DNA of 64,000 bases from Candidatus Bathyarchaeia archaeon (GCA_049512075.1 JBEKXL010000003.1:143688-207687); one strand, 5' to 3'. Counted from the first letter of the stretch, positions 37,659-47,492 are shown. Notes: generated by a model from the sequence alone, not told the origin. Translations and numbers: made by a program.

Positions 37659-39782
37659 TCACTGGTGTTTCTGCAGAAGGTCCACCACTTCGGGGAAGTC
37701 TATCCCCAGCGCTTTTACTTTTTGCAGAGTGGGGACTCCGTTCTTGTTCCATCCTCGTCTTGCGTAGACTGCGTCCTTCAGCTTCTCGTACTCTGCCTCG
37801 CGATATTTCCGCAGCACTGCCATTTTTTCTTCGGTGGACTTGCCAGCTGGGTCGTAGCCGATTTTTTCTTTCAGCTGTTTGTCGTAGCGTTCTGCTCGGC
37901 TTTCGTACTCCTCCTTTGTGACAGGCCCGACTGAACGGTAAGGTAATGCGTCGTACTTTCGCGTGCCGAAACCCATCCTGAGGTTGAAGATGCGTTGGAA
38001 GTTGTACACCTTTTCACTCATGAAGATCATATCTTCAACGGTGACCTTTTTGCCGGTGACAGCTGAGAAGAATCGTGCGTAATTTTCCACGTGTGCCATC
38101 ACTTTGGCGGGTTCTTTCGTGTTCTTGTTGTCGACTGGAACAACATCGTTCCATGGGAGCTTACACAATCCGTTAAGGCCGAACCACGTGCGGAACATGG
38201 GGAACCAGTGCAGGTTTTCAGCCTTCTGCTCAAAGGTCGGCATGAGGTTGTGAACCATGTCCAAAAATATCAGCCACGCCTCATCGTGTTGAGGACCTTT
38301 CAAAGCAAGCCCATAACCGCCCTGCTGCGCGAGCGATTCTTTCGTAACGTACTCAGAGAACTCCAGCCCCTTGGCCTCCATACCGATGTCCTGCAACACC
38401 CTCGGGTCAGCGCCGTATTTCTCTGCGAAAAGCTTCTTCATCCACCTTATGCCCTTGCCAACCACGGTGCCGAAGCCCTCGCCTCTTGCCATCTGGTGTA
38501 CAAGTTCCAGGGCTGCCTCTTTGTTTCCAAACCTCAGGTCTAAGCCGCCGGTTGCTTTCTCGTCTATCAAGCCCATCTCGTAACATTCCATGGCGAACGC
38601 CGTCGCCGTGCCCACCGAAATAGTGTCCAAACCGTACACGTCACAGTAGAAGTTCATCTCAATAACATGGTCAGCGTCGAAGATTCCGCAGCCGCTGCCC
38701 ACCCCAGCGATTGTTTCGTACTCCGGACCACTCACGAAGACTTTCTGCCCCCTGTACGGCCCTGTCTTAGGCTCGAAGTCTTTAACGCCGTGAGCGCACG
38801 CTAACGCACAGCCCATCCAGCAACCGTCAAAGCCCTTGTGGAACTTTTTCCTGTAAACTTCCTTGCCCAGTTCTCCAGCCTTTGGGTTGCTGCCGAACCT
38901 GAAATTGTTCACGGGCAGAAGGTCAAAGTCGTTCATTATCGTAACAAGATGCGTCGTTCCAATCGTCGCCATCTCGTTCTGTTTCGCATCGAGGCTTCGA
39001 ATCTCTTGGCTGTGAGCTGTGCCCGCCTGCCTAACCATCTCGGCGTCCACAGGACCGTTGGTCTCCACGGATATCCTGCCAGAATACTTCACCACTACAG
39101 CTTTCACTCTCTTGTTGCGCAAGACGGTACCGATTCCGCCTCTTCCCGCCTGCTTAAACCGATGAATCTTCCGCCCAGCATCAAACCATGAAAAGTTCAG
39201 GCAGCCGAAAAACGTGTGCTCAGCTCCCGGCCCTGACGAGACCACCGAGATGCACTGCCCATTTTCGGGCGCGTACTTCTTGGCCAAAAAGTCTGTGATA
39301 AGATGAGCTTCAGAAGGCAATGAAGACGCATCTTCAACTTGAACCCTGCCCTGATCACCGTCAACGAGTATAACCACTTCAGACTTCGCCCTTCCCTGAA
39401 TCTCAAGCGCGTCCCAACCGACAAACTTCAAGTACGGGCCAAAATAGCCGCCCACGTTTGAGTCAATCACGCTGTCGGTCAGCGGGGAGATTGAAACCGC
39501 GATGCTCTTTCCGCTGCCCGGGTAAACCGGAGTACCGCCCAACGGACCGCACGCGATGCACACCTCGTTCTCAGGATCGTCCCATTTGACAATGCAATCC
39601 TCTGGCAATGCGTTCCAAAGCAGCCAAAGGTTGAAGCCGCGGCCACCCGTGAACGTTTCTCTCATCTCTTTGCTGACCGGTTTGCTGGCAACACGCATGT
39701 TCGAAAGATCTATGTACAATGTTCTGTTGTTGTAGCCCCTCTCAACCTTGCCCAGCTCGTATTTGAACTCGACAATCACCAA
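37659..39782 (-). CDS. Tungsten aldehyde:ferredoxin oxidoreductase family protein
   Basis: AGRGGIG, GCWMGCALAC, GPEYET, CDVYGLDTIS, YARRGW; start uncertain (ORF opens at 39863). Confidence 0.92.
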   Translation of the reverse strand: MVIVEFKYELGKVERGYNNRTLYIDLSNMRVASKPVSKEMRETFTGGRGFNLWLLWNALPEDCIVKWDDPENEVCIACGPLGGTPVYPGSGKSIAVSISPLTDSVIDSNVGGYFGPYLKFVGWDALEIQGRAKSEVVILVDGDQGRVQVEDASSLPSEAHLITDFLAKKYAPENGQCISVVSSGPGAEHTFFGCLNFSWFDAGRKIHRFKQAGRGGIGTVLRNKRVKAVVVKYSGRISVETNGPVDAEMVRQAGTAHSQEIRSLDAKQNEMATIGTTHLVTIMNDFDLLPVNNFRFGSNPKAGELGKEVYRKKFHKGFDGCWMGCALACAHGVKDFEPKTGPYRGQKVFVSGPEYETIAGVGSGCGIFDADHVIEMNFYCDVYGLDTISVGTATAFAMECYEMGLIDEKATGGLDLRFGNKEAALELVHQMARGEGFGTVVGKGIRWMKKLFAEKYGADPRVLQDIGMEAKGLEFSEYVTKESLAQQGGYGLALKGPQHDEAWLIFLDMVHNLMPTFEQKAENLHWFPMFRTWFGLNGLCKLPWNDVVPVDNKNTKEPAKVMAHVENYARFFSAVTGKKVTVEDMIFMSEKVYNFQRIFNLRMGFGTRKYDALPYRSVGPVTKEEYESRAERYDKQLKEKIGYDPAGKSTEEKMAVLRKYREAEYEKLKDAVYARRGWNKNGVPTLQKVKALGIDFPEVVDLLQKHQ

Positions 39783-40004
39783 TGTTGACACCCACGCGAA
39801 TTCAGAACCAGAAGCTACACAGGACACATTGATAGGTTTTTCGACAGTTTCGGGGAAAACCAAAACATTATAGAAAGCAATTCACGCTTAGAATACCATT
39901 TGATTGGCGGGGAACACAATTGATTCGCGGGTGATGAATCTATGATTTTAATATCAGAGGCAGACTATGGAATGTCAACTATCTAATGTGCGAGGTCAAG
40001 AGTT

Positions 40005-41081
40005 TTGAAGATTCTGGAGATAAACGTAAAGAAAGGTTTTGCGAAGGTTGTTCCTGAAACGATTGATGATTTTTGGCATTTGTACAACGTTATTTACAGA
40101 AACGACAAGGTCTACGCTGGTACGACGAGGGAAGTCAAGGTTGATGAGAAGTACGGCAGACCCAAACGGGGGGAAAGAGTTCCTGTTTTTCTCGGAGTCA
40201 ACGTGGAAGATGTGGGTTGGGACAAGTTTTTGGGCAGGCTCAGAGTTCACGGCACCATATGCGAGGCGCCGGAAACTGTGCCCACTGGTGCGCATCATAC
40301 GCTAAACGTCACGTTGAACACGCCGATTACCATCGTCAAGAAATCTTGGACAAGGCATGAGGTTGAGAGGCTGAAGAGAGCCAGCAGAACCTCCGAAAAA
40401 CCCATCATCGTGGTCTCCATAGACGATGAATGCTACCTCATCGCGACGACTGCCCAGTACGGAATCGAAGAAAGAGTTGAGGAGAGAATAAAGCTTCCGG
40501 GAAAACATGAAGCGGAGAAGAGAAGCGAAGCCACAAGCGCGTATTTCAGAAAGGTGCTGAACAGTCTGCGTCATGTGTGGACGCCCGTTCACAGTCCTAT
40601 AGCAATCATAGGCGTGGGCTTCGTCAAGAATGATTTTGCGAGGTTTGTGGAAACCGAAGCGCCCGACGTTGCAGCTTCAGTGGCGGACGTGAAAAGCGTC
40701 AACAACGGAGGCATGGCAGGAATACATGAAGCGCTTCGTTCTGGCGTGCTATTGAAAACCGTGAGAAAGCTGCGAGTCGCCGAAGAAACAGAGCTTGTCG
40801 AGGAGATTTTGAAGAGGCTTGGAAAGAACGAGGCAACAGTGGCCTACGGGTTTGAAGAAGTCAAGCGGGCAGCGGGGCTCGGCGCAGTTGAAAAGGTCGT
40901 CTTGACAGACAAGATGCTCCGCGAGTCTGATGACGAGAAGCGTCTGCTGATAGAAGAAGTCATGGAAACGGCTGAGCAGAAAGGCGGCACAATAACCGTC
41001 GTCAGCACGGAGCACGAGGCTGGAACTCAGCTCAGTGGACTCGGCGGCATAGCTGCACTCCTGCGCTTCCCACTGCATTAA
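40005..41081 (+). CDS. pelA: Pelota (Dom34) ribosome rescue factor
   Basis: PETIDDFWHLYN, RLRVHG, GAHHTL, LGGIAALLRF. Confidence 0.95.
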   Translation: MKILEINVKKGFAKVVPETIDDFWHLYNVIYRNDKVYAGTTREVKVDEKYGRPKRGERVPVFLGVNVEDVGWDKFLGRLRVHGTICEAPETVPTGAHHTLNVTLNTPITIVKKSWTRHEVERLKRASRTSEKPIIVVSIDDECYLIATTAQYGIEERVEERIKLPGKHEAEKRSEATSAYFRKVLNSLRHVWTPVHSPIAIIGVGFVKNDFARFVETEAPDVAASVADVKSVNNGGMAGIHEALRSGVLLKTVRKLRVAEETELVEEILKRLGKNEATVAYGFEEVKRAAGLGAVEKVVLTDKMLRESDDEKRLLIEEVMETAEQKGGTITVVSTEHEAGTQLSGLGGIAALLRFPLH

Positions 41082-41235
41082 GACTCAGGCTGACTATGGT
41101 TCAGTTGTCTGCTGGAAAGGCGAAAAAAACGCCGTTTGGAATCAAAACTGTATTATATTAGGACGTAGGCAAATCAAAACATTAACAGCAATGCCTATAT
41201 CGTCCGAGCGACATTGTATTCTTGAGGAATGAAAA

Positions 41236-42453
41236 ATGAACATGACAGAAAGCAACATCATTGAGCAGTGGGCAAGCAAATATCCTGAAGTCGTCTCGTG
41301 GCTTGCTAAACTCCAAGTCAAGGAGTTGAACGCGCTGAGCCTTTACCACTTCTGTCAGTGGGCAAACAAAAACCCAACTGAACTGCTAGCGTTGAAAAGC
41401 AATCCTGCCAGCCTAGAGATTGAAAAGCTATTAGACGCTTATGTCGCTGCCAAGCTGTCAGACACTAACGCACTCAGGTTCTGGCGGGTCAATGCGGTCA
41501 AGAGTTTTTTCAAATACTCCTACGTCAGCATAGCAAAAGCAGCGGGCAACATCCAGCTTGTGAAAACTAAAGACTACAACCGATTGTCTAAAGAAGGCTT
41601 AAAGCGTCTGTGGGACAACACCTACAACTTGCGCGATCGTGCGCTAATCACGTTTGTCTGCTCAACTGCCATTGCTAAGGAAACGCTTGGAAGCATCTGT
41701 TGGAAGCATTTACAAGACGACTGGGAAACCGTTGAGCTGCCTTCTATCAATCTCCCACCTGAGATATTGAAAGGTCACGGCAGAGGCAAATATGCTGGCG
41801 TCCGACAAATCACGTTTTTGACGCCTGAGAGCAAACGCGACCTGGTCAACTATAAGGTGTGGCTTGAGCAGAAGATTGGTCGCAAGGTCACGGCTGACGA
41901 TCACATCTGGCTAGAAACCATGCGCCCTTATCGCCCAGTAAGTTATGATGCTTTAGGTTTTGCAATCTGGCAGTTGTCAAAGCGCACAGGTGTCCCCTTC
42001 AGCCTGCATGATGGCAGACGCTGGGTCACAACCGCGCTAGAGCAGGTTGCCATAAGCCAGAACTGGGCGCGCGTCCTCAGAGGTCGCAAGGTAGCAGGTG
42101 CAGAAAGTCCCTATTCTCGACCAAACATTGAAGCGTTAAGAGCCAAGTTCAAGGAGGCCGTTGGGTTGTTGGAGTTTACAACTGTGACTGCCACACCGAC
42201 AGTTCCTAAAGAAGTCGCCGACAAGTTGGCAGCGTTGGAGCAGGAGCAGACCGAGTTGAAAAGGCGATACGGCATAATGCGCGAGAGGACTAAGGGTTGG
42301 AAACAGGTTGCCAAAAATCGCAATGTTTGCAAGGACAGCAAAAACTGCCAACGGATTGTCAGCGAGGACGAGTTGCCTACGTTGTTGAGTGGTGGATGGC
42401 GCGTCGTTACTTGTCTGTCGTCTGGTAAAGTCGTTGTAAGCAACGAAACATGA
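41236..42453 (+). CDS. Tyrosine recombinase/integrase
   Basis: LRDRALI, SLHDGRR (HxxR), ESPYSRP (Tyr); first catalytic Arg position reads STAIAKE. Confidence 0.85.
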   Translation: MNMTESNIIEQWASKYPEVVSWLAKLQVKELNALSLYHFCQWANKNPTELLALKSNPASLEIEKLLDAYVAAKLSDTNALRFWRVNAVKSFFKYSYVSIAKAAGNIQLVKTKDYNRLSKEGLKRLWDNTYNLRDRALITFVCSTAIAKETLGSICWKHLQDDWETVELPSINLPPEILKGHGRGKYAGVRQITFLTPESKRDLVNYKVWLEQKIGRKVTADDHIWLETMRPYRPVSYDALGFAIWQLSKRTGVPFSLHDGRRWVTTALEQVAISQNWARVLRGRKVAGAESPYSRPNIEALRAKFKEAVGLLEFTTVTATPTVPKEVADKLAALEQEQTELKRRYGIMRERTKGWKQVAKNRNVCKDSKNCQRIVSEDELPTLLSGGWRVVTCLSSGKVVVSNET

Positions 42454-42467
42454 TCTCCTTTTTTTGT

Positions 42468-42932
42468 TTAGATTTCAAAGATTTCAGAAGTCGGATGGAA
42501 AGGCTTCTTTTCTCTCTCTTCCTTCTTAGATGTTGTTTGTGGTTTTCGTTTTCTTGCTTTTTTTGTATATCCCCATTGAGCAATAGAGGTTTTCTTGTCG
42601 ATGTGAAAGACTCTGAGAACATCTGTTTCAACAGCTTGTGGTTGCTTGCCTCTGACCACTAAAAACTTCTCAGTGTATTCATAGACCTCTCTCATACTGT
42701 TTTTCTCGTTGATTATGATTTTGCGCTTTACTACTCCTTGACTAACCAATTCTCTGAGATGTTTGCTTAAAGCACCCGAAGACAATTTGGTAAGCGATTT
42801 GAGTTCCGACCAACTTCTATGTTTCTTTTCATTTTCGTCATAAAATGCACGTATGATCTTTTCCTTTGTCCTCAGTGCCTGCTGTTGTTTTTCCGTGAGT
42901 TTGCCTTCACATTCGGTACCGATTAAAGGCAT
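42468..42932 (-). CDS. Winged-helix transcriptional regulator
   Basis: SWSELKSLTKLSSGALSKHLRELVSQGVV. Confidence 0.75.
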   Translation of the reverse strand: MPLIGTECEGKLTEKQQQALRTKEKIIRAFYDENEKKHRSWSELKSLTKLSSGALSKHLRELVSQGVVKRKIIINEKNSMREVYEYTEKFLVVRGKQPQAVETDVLRVFHIDKKTSIAQWGYTKKARKRKPQTTSKKEEREKKPFHPTSEIFEI

Positions 42933-43013
42933 TGTTGACCGTCCCGTGATAATTTGTTCACGATTGCCTTATGTATAATCATATTCACGTTGTTATTCAT
43001 AAACATTGCGTGC

Positions 43014-43178
43014 GTGAGCAACGTGAAGGACAGCACAACAATAACAGTGAAGAAAAAAACTCTTCTTCGTCTCATACTACACTGCCGCAAAAACCAGAGC
43101 TATGATAATCTCATCAACGTTTTGCTAGACAATGAAGAGGCCGTTGAAAAGGCAGCTAAAGAGGTGCGACAGCAATGA
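43014..43178 (+). CDS. Small RHH/antitoxin-like DNA-binding protein
   Basis: STTITVKKKTLLRL...SYDNLINVLLD; divergent from the wHTH gene. Confidence 0.65.
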   Translation: MSNVKDSTTITVKKKTLLRLILHCRKNQSYDNLINVLLDNEEAVEKAAKEVRQQ

Positions 43179-43492
43179 GCATGGAAAAATGGTTCAGCGG
43201 CTTTCCATATACAGAGAAAACGAAGCATTTGTACCGCGAGTACATGGCGATGTTCTGCGACATCCTCAAGACCACACCGGACGACCTTGCCATCAAAACA
43301 CCTGAACAGGTCGTAGAAATCCAAGCAACACTTGCAAACGCTATGAAGAAAATGGGTTTGTCGGAATACACTGTGCATTTGCGGATCCACGCTTTGCGTT
43401 CGTTCTGGCGATACAATGGCGTAGAGTTGCCCGAAGATATTTTCAACTACAAAGATTGTGTGTGGCTCAAACGGGAGAGGAAACAACAATGA
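43175..43492 (+). CDS. Stand-alone integrase N-terminal (core-binding/SAM-like) domain protein
   Basis: TEKTKHLY...F...TPDDL...LSEYTVHLRIHALRSFWRYN. Confidence 0.7.
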   Translation: MSMEKWFSGFPYTEKTKHLYREYMAMFCDILKTTPDDLAIKTPEQVVEIQATLANAMKKMGLSEYTVHLRIHALRSFWRYNGVELPEDIFNYKDCVWLKRERKQQ

Positions 43493-43830
43493 GCGACAAC
43501 TCAGAGTTTTCAACAGAAAAAAGGTCACGTCGAGCCAAGATAGGCCTCCCAGGAACTGTAGAACTGGACGAACAGAAACCTACTGAAACCGATGCCGGCA
43601 AAGCAGCACTTAGGGAACTCATCAGGCAAGCAGCAGAGGACGGAGTAAACGCAGCACGCGCACGCATTACAGAACAACTTCCAACTGCTAAACCGTTAGC
43701 CCCTAAACCTGAAGTCATCGTTGAGCATGGCAGTGAAGTTCTCAAAAACCCTCCAGACACGGCACCTCCAGTCGAGAAGAAGGAAGAGACGCCGTTACAT
43801 CAATGGATACGGAAAAAGCGAGGTGATTGA
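43489..43830 (+). CDS. Hypothetical protein (Pro/Glu-rich)
   Basis: ATGA overlap with the upstream gene; GGAG RBS. Confidence 0.6.
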   Translation: MSDNSEFSTEKRSRRAKIGLPGTVELDEQKPTETDAGKAALRELIRQAAEDGVNAARARITEQLPTAKPLAPKPEVIVEHGSEVLKNPPDTAPPVEKKEETPLHQWIRKKRGD

Positions 43831-44720
43831 GAATGGATAAGGAAACTATCAAGGACCTCTTAGAAGGGAAGTTAGTACGAGTAACAATGGTACCAGACAA
43901 GTTGACTGACCCGATTGACAACTCAATCTTTACACTCAAGGACGTTTTGGAACATGGATATGTGAGTACAGGTGTGCCACTCGCAGTTGAAATAGCAAAA
44001 GAAATCGAGAAGCTCGCGGAATGGCAGACGACATTGCAGCAGAGATTTGATGCTGGCAAAATAGGTATCGACGTTGGCATCTGTCAAAACAAGAGAGTTA
44101 ACGACCGCTACGACGAGTTAGATCGCAATATCCACCACACGACACACACCGCTGAAATCCAAAACGAGAAAACAGGCAAGTTCTTGAAAGCGGAAATCAC
44201 CATCAGCATTTTACCAACTCTACCTGGCTTCTCATATAGCCCTGAGCAGGTTAGGCGATCATTGTCAAAACTGTTGCCATACACCGTAAAGCAGTTGCTG
44301 GACAACGGCGAGTTCAGCCTGTCAGACAAGGATTATTTGGAATACACCCAAGCAGAAGACAGGACAAAATGGCTCGCAGACCACGAGATAAAAGGAGGAC
44401 AGTTTAATCTCTTCTGGATGAAGGACGCTGCTCAAGAACTGCCAAACGTTGAACCTGTATTTGCCGACGCAGTTGGCAGATTGCGGATGCTAGCCGTCCC
44501 AGAACAGGTTATCAACGACTTCAAAACTGTGACCTCATTGCTAACGGACGACCTGAAGCAAAACTACTGGCGACATTACAACTCACTGATGCTCGCCATA
44601 TCTCGCATAGCACTGGCCGAGGCAAGGAGAAATCCACTTGACCTCTCAGGCAACAGAGATTTGGCAGCAGAAGCGGACAAAACACTCGGCAAGATGGTCG
44701 AGAACCCAAGAGGTGAGTAA
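43827..44720 (+). CDS. Hypothetical protein of the element
   Basis: 297-aa ORF, GAGGTGA RBS, operonic overlap. Confidence 0.7.
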   Translation: MRMDKETIKDLLEGKLVRVTMVPDKLTDPIDNSIFTLKDVLEHGYVSTGVPLAVEIAKEIEKLAEWQTTLQQRFDAGKIGIDVGICQNKRVNDRYDELDRNIHHTTHTAEIQNEKTGKFLKAEITISILPTLPGFSYSPEQVRRSLSKLLPYTVKQLLDNGEFSLSDKDYLEYTQAEDRTKWLADHEIKGGQFNLFWMKDAAQELPNVEPVFADAVGRLRMLAVPEQVINDFKTVTSLLTDDLKQNYWRHYNSLMLAISRIALAEARRNPLDLSGNRDLAAEADKTLGKMVENPRGE

Positions 44721-45020
44721 ATGGCAATAGCGGATTTAAGAGTGTATCTGAGAAGCCTACCGTTCTTTTATCCCAAAACCATGGGATGCAGCGGCATTAA
44801 CCAAAGCGGTCAGATAATGAATGCTGGTTCAGATGAAGTAGACGAAACCGTCTTTGTTGAACTACCTTCAGTTCCTGCTCAAGCTGGTCAAGTGCAAGCT
44901 GACTTTGAAAACCTAAGCGGATCGCCAACTGCAGAAACCGTGAAGAAGTGGCTCAGCAAACATACGCCTCCAATGACAGAAGCGCAACGGACGGCAGCGA
45001 TAGCAGCGTTCAACGTGTAA
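44721..45020 (+). CDS. Hypothetical protein; stop codon abuts the hammerhead fold
   Basis: GAGGTGA RBS; immediately follows the previous stop. Confidence 0.65.
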   Translation: MAIADLRVYLRSLPFFYPKTMGCSGINQSGQIMNAGSDEVDETVFVELPSVPAQAGQVQADFENLSGSPTAETVKKWLSKHTPPMTEAQRTAAIAAFNV

Positions 45021-45092
45021 GCTCCCCGATGAGTTGGTGAAAATCCAACGAAACCTGCCGTTATGCACCCAACGGTAGGTCGGAGCGTGCGT
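45012..45092 (+). ncRNA. Type I hammerhead ribozyme (CCGAUGA core variant)
   Basis: Stem I GCTCC/GGAGC; core CCGATGA; stem II GTTGG/CCAAC; GAAA; stem III CCTGCCGTT/AACGGTAGG; GUC cleavage triplet ending at 45081. Confidence 0.85.
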
Positions 45093-45283
45093 GTAAATCG
45101 TCCGCGCATAAGCTCCCAGCTTCGACCAATGGGAGGCTTGCAGGGTAAACGGCTTCCCCTTGCAAGCTTCCAACTCACAGTTGCCTTATGATTGGGGGCA
45201 ACGACCGTCGCTTAAGTGGGACGGCCTACCGGGACCTTGACGCGCCGCGCGCCAGACCCCTCCTAATAACGAGATGATGTAAG

Positions 45284-45457
45284 ATGCCTAAACCTCCACG
45301 CAACGATAAGGTTTTGTATTGGGACAGCGAGCGACACGAATACGTCCTGCTGCCGGCACCGCTTAAGGCACATTGGGGATTGAAGCGGAAACGAATAGCC
45401 CTGGTGCGCGGCAGGGAAAGAGCAGGAATGTGGAAAGATGTCAGAAAAGAAGCCTGA
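45284..45457 (+). CDS. 57-aa basic hypothetical protein (below ORF-track cutoff)
   Basis: Manual translation MPKPPRNDKVLYWDSERHEYVLLPAPLKAHWGLKRKRIALVRGRERAGMWKDVRKEA. Confidence 0.4.
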   Translation: MPKPPRNDKVLYWDSERHEYVLLPAPLKAHWGLKRKRIALVRGRERAGMWKDVRKEA

Positions 45458-45530
45458 TTGGAAGCCTAAGTCACCATCAAGAAAGAAGTGGATGGAAAAC
45501 GGGAAAGACTAAAACGGAGGCGAATGTAAA

Positions 45531-45935
45531 ATGAAGAATGAGGAAACGTTGCTACCTAGAGCCTGTCCATTGTATCTTGAACTGTGTCCTTACGACCTGA
45601 AAAGACTAGGCGAACCAAGACTGGAACAAGGCAGATGCCCAGTGCCAAGCTTGATCACCAAGAACATTGTTGAAGCAGGAGCAAAGGAAGACCCTAAACA
45701 AATGGTTTATGTTACTTGCCCCGAAGTTTATCGACAAAACAAAAACGCTATTGACGACCCAACTCAAGGAATAGGAGGCGTTGTGTGTTATCGTCCTTCC
45801 GATCTTACAACCGACTTCCGCGATTGCCAATTTTACAGCGAGTGGTTTTGCAAGTACAGGGGCAAGAAACCGAAACCGTACAAAGCACCACCTAAGAAAC
45901 AAGAGTTGGTTCATAAGAGCAGGTTAGAGAAATGA
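45531..45935 (+). CDS. Cys-rich hypothetical protein coupled to the ATPase gene
   Basis: GGAGG RBS; seven Cys; stop overlaps the next ATG. Confidence 0.6.
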   Translation: MKNEETLLPRACPLYLELCPYDLKRLGEPRLEQGRCPVPSLITKNIVEAGAKEDPKQMVYVTCPEVYRQNKNAIDDPTQGIGGVVCYRPSDLTTDFRDCQFYSEWFCKYRGKKPKPYKAPPKKQELVHKSRLEK

Positions 45936-47290
45936 AGCGTTTTACTGATAAAGACTTCGCGCGCGCCATAGTAGTTTATCGAGAAGTCGCTATGGCAAAG
46001 AAGAGAGTCAAACGAACGCCAGGCGAGCTGATTAACAAAACCCTTTTTGAACAGGTCGAAGACGGCAAATATCTAGGCGTTGACCTCTCCGAGTTACAGT
46101 TTATCACAGGCAAGGAAGGGCCGCTAACCAAGTGGGAGACTGATGACCTTGACTACCTTCCCCTCCCGCGCCTTCCATGGCGAAGGCTTCACCCACTCTG
46201 CATAACGGAAGAAAGTGCGGAACAACTCTACACAGATGTTAGGCGTTTCATCTACGACCACATCGACTTCTCCAAAGACGTTGAATACGACCTCTGCGCT
46301 TCATGGGTTCTGCACACTTGGAGATTGGAAAACTGGAACGTCACACCCTACCTGTCCTTCTTTGGCCCACCAGCAAGCGGCAAGACGTGGGCGATGGAAG
46401 TGTTAGCGGCGTTGTCGTTTAGGTCGCTGTTAGCCGCTATGTCGCCAGCCTCACTCTACTACGCCACGCAAGAATGGCATCCCACCTGCTTCCTTGACGA
46501 GACAGAGATGTATTTGAGAGGGGAAGAGAAGGCCGACATCCTCAACTATCTGAACATGGGCTACCGGCGCGGGCAAGTGGTAATAAGGACAACAGAGGAT
46601 AAGGACGGCTCACGCTCACCTGTAATGTTTGACGTTTTCGGGCCTAAGTGCCTTGCTGGAACCAAAGAACTATTCGACACCTTGAAGTCTCGCAGCTTCA
46701 CTTTTACCATGAGCAGGAAGACGCGCGAGATTAAGATGACAATCGATGAGGACGCCATTCTCCAACTTAGAAACAGGTTGTTCTCGTACAGGGTCAGGCA
46801 GCTAGCGGCAAACAGAAATCTCATTCTGTCCGCTGACACTTTCCTAAACCAAATCAGAGACGGCAGACTACGAGAGTTGTTTCACCCGCTAATCTCCTGC
46901 TGCCCTCAATCTGTTATTCCCCTGCTTGTCGAATATGCCGTACAACTAGACACCGAGAAAGAGCAGGAGGAAGCTCTAAGTTTGGAAGCGAGGGTTTTCA
47001 ATGCTGTTCTAAAGGCTCGGCAACTCAACGAAGACTTTATTCCGCTAAAGGCCGTTGCTGAAATTGTGAACGAGAACCTCCCACTGAAGGAAGGTTTTAG
47101 CAATCGCGCCATAGGCACATACGTTGCAAAACTAGGCTTCAAGAAACAAATCCATAAGAACCGTGCGCACGTTGTCTGGGACGAGAAACTCATCACTCGC
47201 CTTGCCAAACGCTATCCAATCGACAAAGCAGATGATAGCCCTCCTGAACCTGAACCGTACGACCATTACGCTCACCCTCCTCAGACGTGA
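45932..47290 (+). CDS. P-loop ATPase, putative replicative helicase/Rep (DUF3631-associated type) with C-terminal wHTH
   Basis: WVLHTW, TPYL, GPPASGKT Walker A, CFLDETE Walker B, LNMGYRRG, FGPKCLAG, SR finger. Confidence 0.75.
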   Translation: MKRFTDKDFARAIVVYREVAMAKKRVKRTPGELINKTLFEQVEDGKYLGVDLSELQFITGKEGPLTKWETDDLDYLPLPRLPWRRLHPLCITEESAEQLYTDVRRFIYDHIDFSKDVEYDLCASWVLHTWRLENWNVTPYLSFFGPPASGKTWAMEVLAALSFRSLLAAMSPASLYYATQEWHPTCFLDETEMYLRGEEKADILNYLNMGYRRGQVVIRTTEDKDGSRSPVMFDVFGPKCLAGTKELFDTLKSRSFTFTMSRKTREIKMTIDEDAILQLRNRLFSYRVRQLAANRNLILSADTFLNQIRDGRLRELFHPLISCCPQSVIPLLVEYAVQLDTEKEQEEALSLEARVFNAVLKARQLNEDFIPLKAVAEIVNENLPLKEGFSNRAIGTYVAKLGFKKQIHKNRAHVVWDEKLITRLAKRYPIDKADDSPPEPEPYDHYAHPPQT

Positions 47291-47492
47291 AGACGTGATA
47301 GACGTGGTAGCAGGAACCATACCCCCCTTGCAATACGCGAATACGTGATCATCAAGTGAGTGAGTTTTATAAGATTTTTATTTATCTCTTCAAATCATCC
47401 TTCTTTTGCTGACAGAACAACGGCACAGCAGCAGGGTATATGGTCTCCTGTTCCCCGTCTTTCACGTCTTCGCGTCTCACTAGCGACCAACA

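Noticed and set aside
45290-45420. Second ribozyme (HDV, twister or pistol) that would circularise the RNA
   Set aside because: Pairings exist (CTGCCG-GCACC/GGTGC-CGGCAG) but no catalytic consensus could be assembled, and the stretch is a plausible 57-aa ORF
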